Source: an uncultured bacterium (GTDB taxonomy: Bacteria > Krumholzibacteriota > Krumholzibacteriia > LZORAL124-64-63). Taken from it: a DNA stretch of 49,149 nucleotides. The DNA is taken from contig CBDURF010000003.1 in NCBI GenBank assembly GCA_965369705.1, forward strand, positions 1 to 49,149, given 5' to 3'. The position numbers were made by a program, and so were the translations under genes. Below are positions 47,798 through 49,149 of this stretch, one piece after another. Below the pieces are notes generated by a model. That model was not told the DNA's origin, searched no databases, and saw only the letters and a program-made list of their open reading frames with translations. Every line of letters starts with the position of its first letter. Positions within the stretch are counted from its first letter, which is position 1.

Positions 47798-47854
47798 GCC
47801 TAGCTGCTCTCCGCCCGCGCGGTCGGAACCCGGGGAATCAACGTCAAGAAGGAA

Positions 47855-48445
47855 TCAGTCATTACGGAAGGCTCGATCCCATCGTTTCCGTGGATCGTCG
47901 AAGGCAACGTCGGCGGGAATGAATTCCTCAGTAAGGCCTGTTTCGAGAATCTTCGGGCACATCGCCGGCCCTCCACTATCCTCGGGGGGACACCGGCCTT
48001 CCCCCGCCAGGCAACGGGGCTGCACCTGGGTCCTATTGGCGGGCAGGGCAGCCTCAAGGAGAATTTCGTGCTGCCATTCGTCCCCGAAATCATAGGTATA
48101 AAGAACAGGCAGGGCGCCCGGTTTCATGAACCGCGTGACCTTATGCTCCCACCCCGGGAGCACCTCGTCCACCCCGTAGAACCCGCTGTCGTCGGGAATA
48201 CCCAGCCGCACCCTCTCCCCGGTGACGGGATCGTCGAGGGTGAATTGATGAAGATGCCGGTCCTCCCATCCCATCACGTCCTGGATCGCCACGTGAAGGT
48301 CCCAGAAGGAATAATGACCTGGCACCAGAAACCTGCGCCAGACAGGCAGGGGCATGAGGAGAAGTTCCACCCGCAACTGCAGAATTTCGGACATCGCACC
48401 GGGGCCGGGGAAATTTATGATGTTGCTGTTGTTGTTGTCGTTCAT
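47855..48445 (-). CDS. pRiA4b ORF-3 family protein
   Basis: VWRRF.VP, LH.AIQ..MGW...HLH.F, YTYDFGD.W.H, CPPED.GG. Confidence 0.9.
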   Translation of the reverse strand: MNDNNNSNIINFPGPGAMSEILQLRVELLLMPLPVWRRFLVPGHYSFWDLHVAIQDVMGWEDRHLHQFTLDDPVTGERVRLGIPDDSGFYGVDEVLPGWEHKVTRFMKPGALPVLYTYDFGDEWQHEILLEAALPANRTQVQPRCLAGEGRCPPEDSGGPAMCPKILETGLTEEFIPADVAFDDPRKRWDRAFRND

Positions 48446-48468
48446 TTCGTTTCCTCGGGTCCGCCCCG

Positions 48469-49149
48469 TCAATCTTCAGGTCCGCGGTCGGGAGCCTCGT
48501 CCCAGGCCCGTTTGACCATTCTTCCCATCACCCAGGTCAGAAGGCCAAAAAAAACCAATCCTCCTGCAAGCAGGGCCAACTTGCCGGCAGAGAAGCCCCC
48601 TTCGTCGGCTGAACGGCCGGCCTCCCGGGCCAATGAACCGAACCAGACCTGCGCCAGCATGCTGGGCAGGGTGGCGAACAAACCCAAAAAGTAGGCCCGG
48701 TAGGTCGTACTGCCCGCAGCAAGTGTGTATGAGGCCAGCCCGAAGTTCAAGGGGGAAAGCCGGGTCAGGGCGTTGAGCTTCAGGGCCTGCTCCCCCGCCA
48801 TACGGTCAACCGCGGCCAACTTGGGGCGGGCCGATATCAACTTCCTGATCCTTCCGCGCAACAGCCCGCGACCCATCCAGAACATCACCGACCCCCCGAT
48901 CAGGCTGGCGGGAAAAACCAGGGCCATGCCCCCCCACGGCCCGAACAGGGCCCCGGCGGAAACACCCAGGACCGATACGGGGAAGCAGGTGAGGGAGAAC
49001 AGAACCCAGGCAGCGACGAACAGCGCGTAACCGGCAACGCCCAGGCCGTCGACGGCGGCTTCTACGTCGGGCCAAAACCGGCCCGCCAACCTCCCCACCA
49101 CGATCAGACCCACCAAGACGGCGCCGGGACCGGCCAACAGGCGCAGGGC
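48469..49149 (-). CDS. TVP38/TMEM64 (DedA/VTT) membrane protein, likely 5'-truncated by the window edge
   Basis: AGALFGPW.G, F..GR, RLSP..F...SY. Confidence 0.85.
   Translation of the reverse strand, partial: ALRLLAGPGAVLVGLIVVGRLAGRFWPDVEAAVDGLGVAGYALFVAAWVLFSLTCFPVSVLGVSAGALFGPWGGMALVFPASLIGGSVMFWMGRGLLRGRIRKLISARPKLAAVDRMAGEQALKLNALTRLSPLNFGLASYTLAAGSTTYRAYFLGLFATLPSMLAQVWFGSLAREAGRSADEGGFSAGKLALLAGGLVFFGLLTWVMGRMVKRAWDEAPDRGPED

Noticed and set aside
47855-48445. pRiA4b ORF3 as a sign of a plasmid or IS
   Set aside because: Family is common on chromosomes; no transposase, integrase or terminal repeats nearby
1-49149. CRISPR arrays, tRNA/rRNA genes, prophage or defence genes
   Set aside because: No regularly spaced repeats, cloverleafs or diagnostic proteins seen; intergenic spaces are short and otherwise explained

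Overview
GC-rich bacterial chromosomal segment. A bS22-type small ribosomal protein and a Bacteroidota-like GlmU suggest an FCB-group lineage (inference). Positions 1-29.3 kb form a large flagellar cluster: fliJIHGFE-flgCB, two sigma54 two-component modules, flgM, a GNAT gene, fliC-flaG-fliD-fliS-fliT-like, csrA-fliW and flgLKNJIHAGF, with readable sigma70, sigma54 and sigma28 promoters. fliG is interrupted by a single in-frame TAG. Positions 29.5-36 kb carry a REC-PAS-histidine kinase, a PilZ protein, an unannotated 30-aa bS22-like gene, HU, a candidate sigma54-driven ~105-nt structured ncRNA, a GlmU-like protein and SppA. Positions 36.5-40.2 kb hold a three-gene redox module: a Cys-tailed monoheme cytochrome c, a DUF3373-like outer-membrane barrel and an octaheme OTR-family cytochrome. 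Positions 40.3-49.1 kb encode TetR-TolC-MFP-RND efflux, an EamA transporter, a pRiA4b ORF3-like protein and a DedA/VTT protein. No rRNA, tRNA, CRISPR array or mobile element was recognised. All family assignments come from motif recognition by eye, not database searches.
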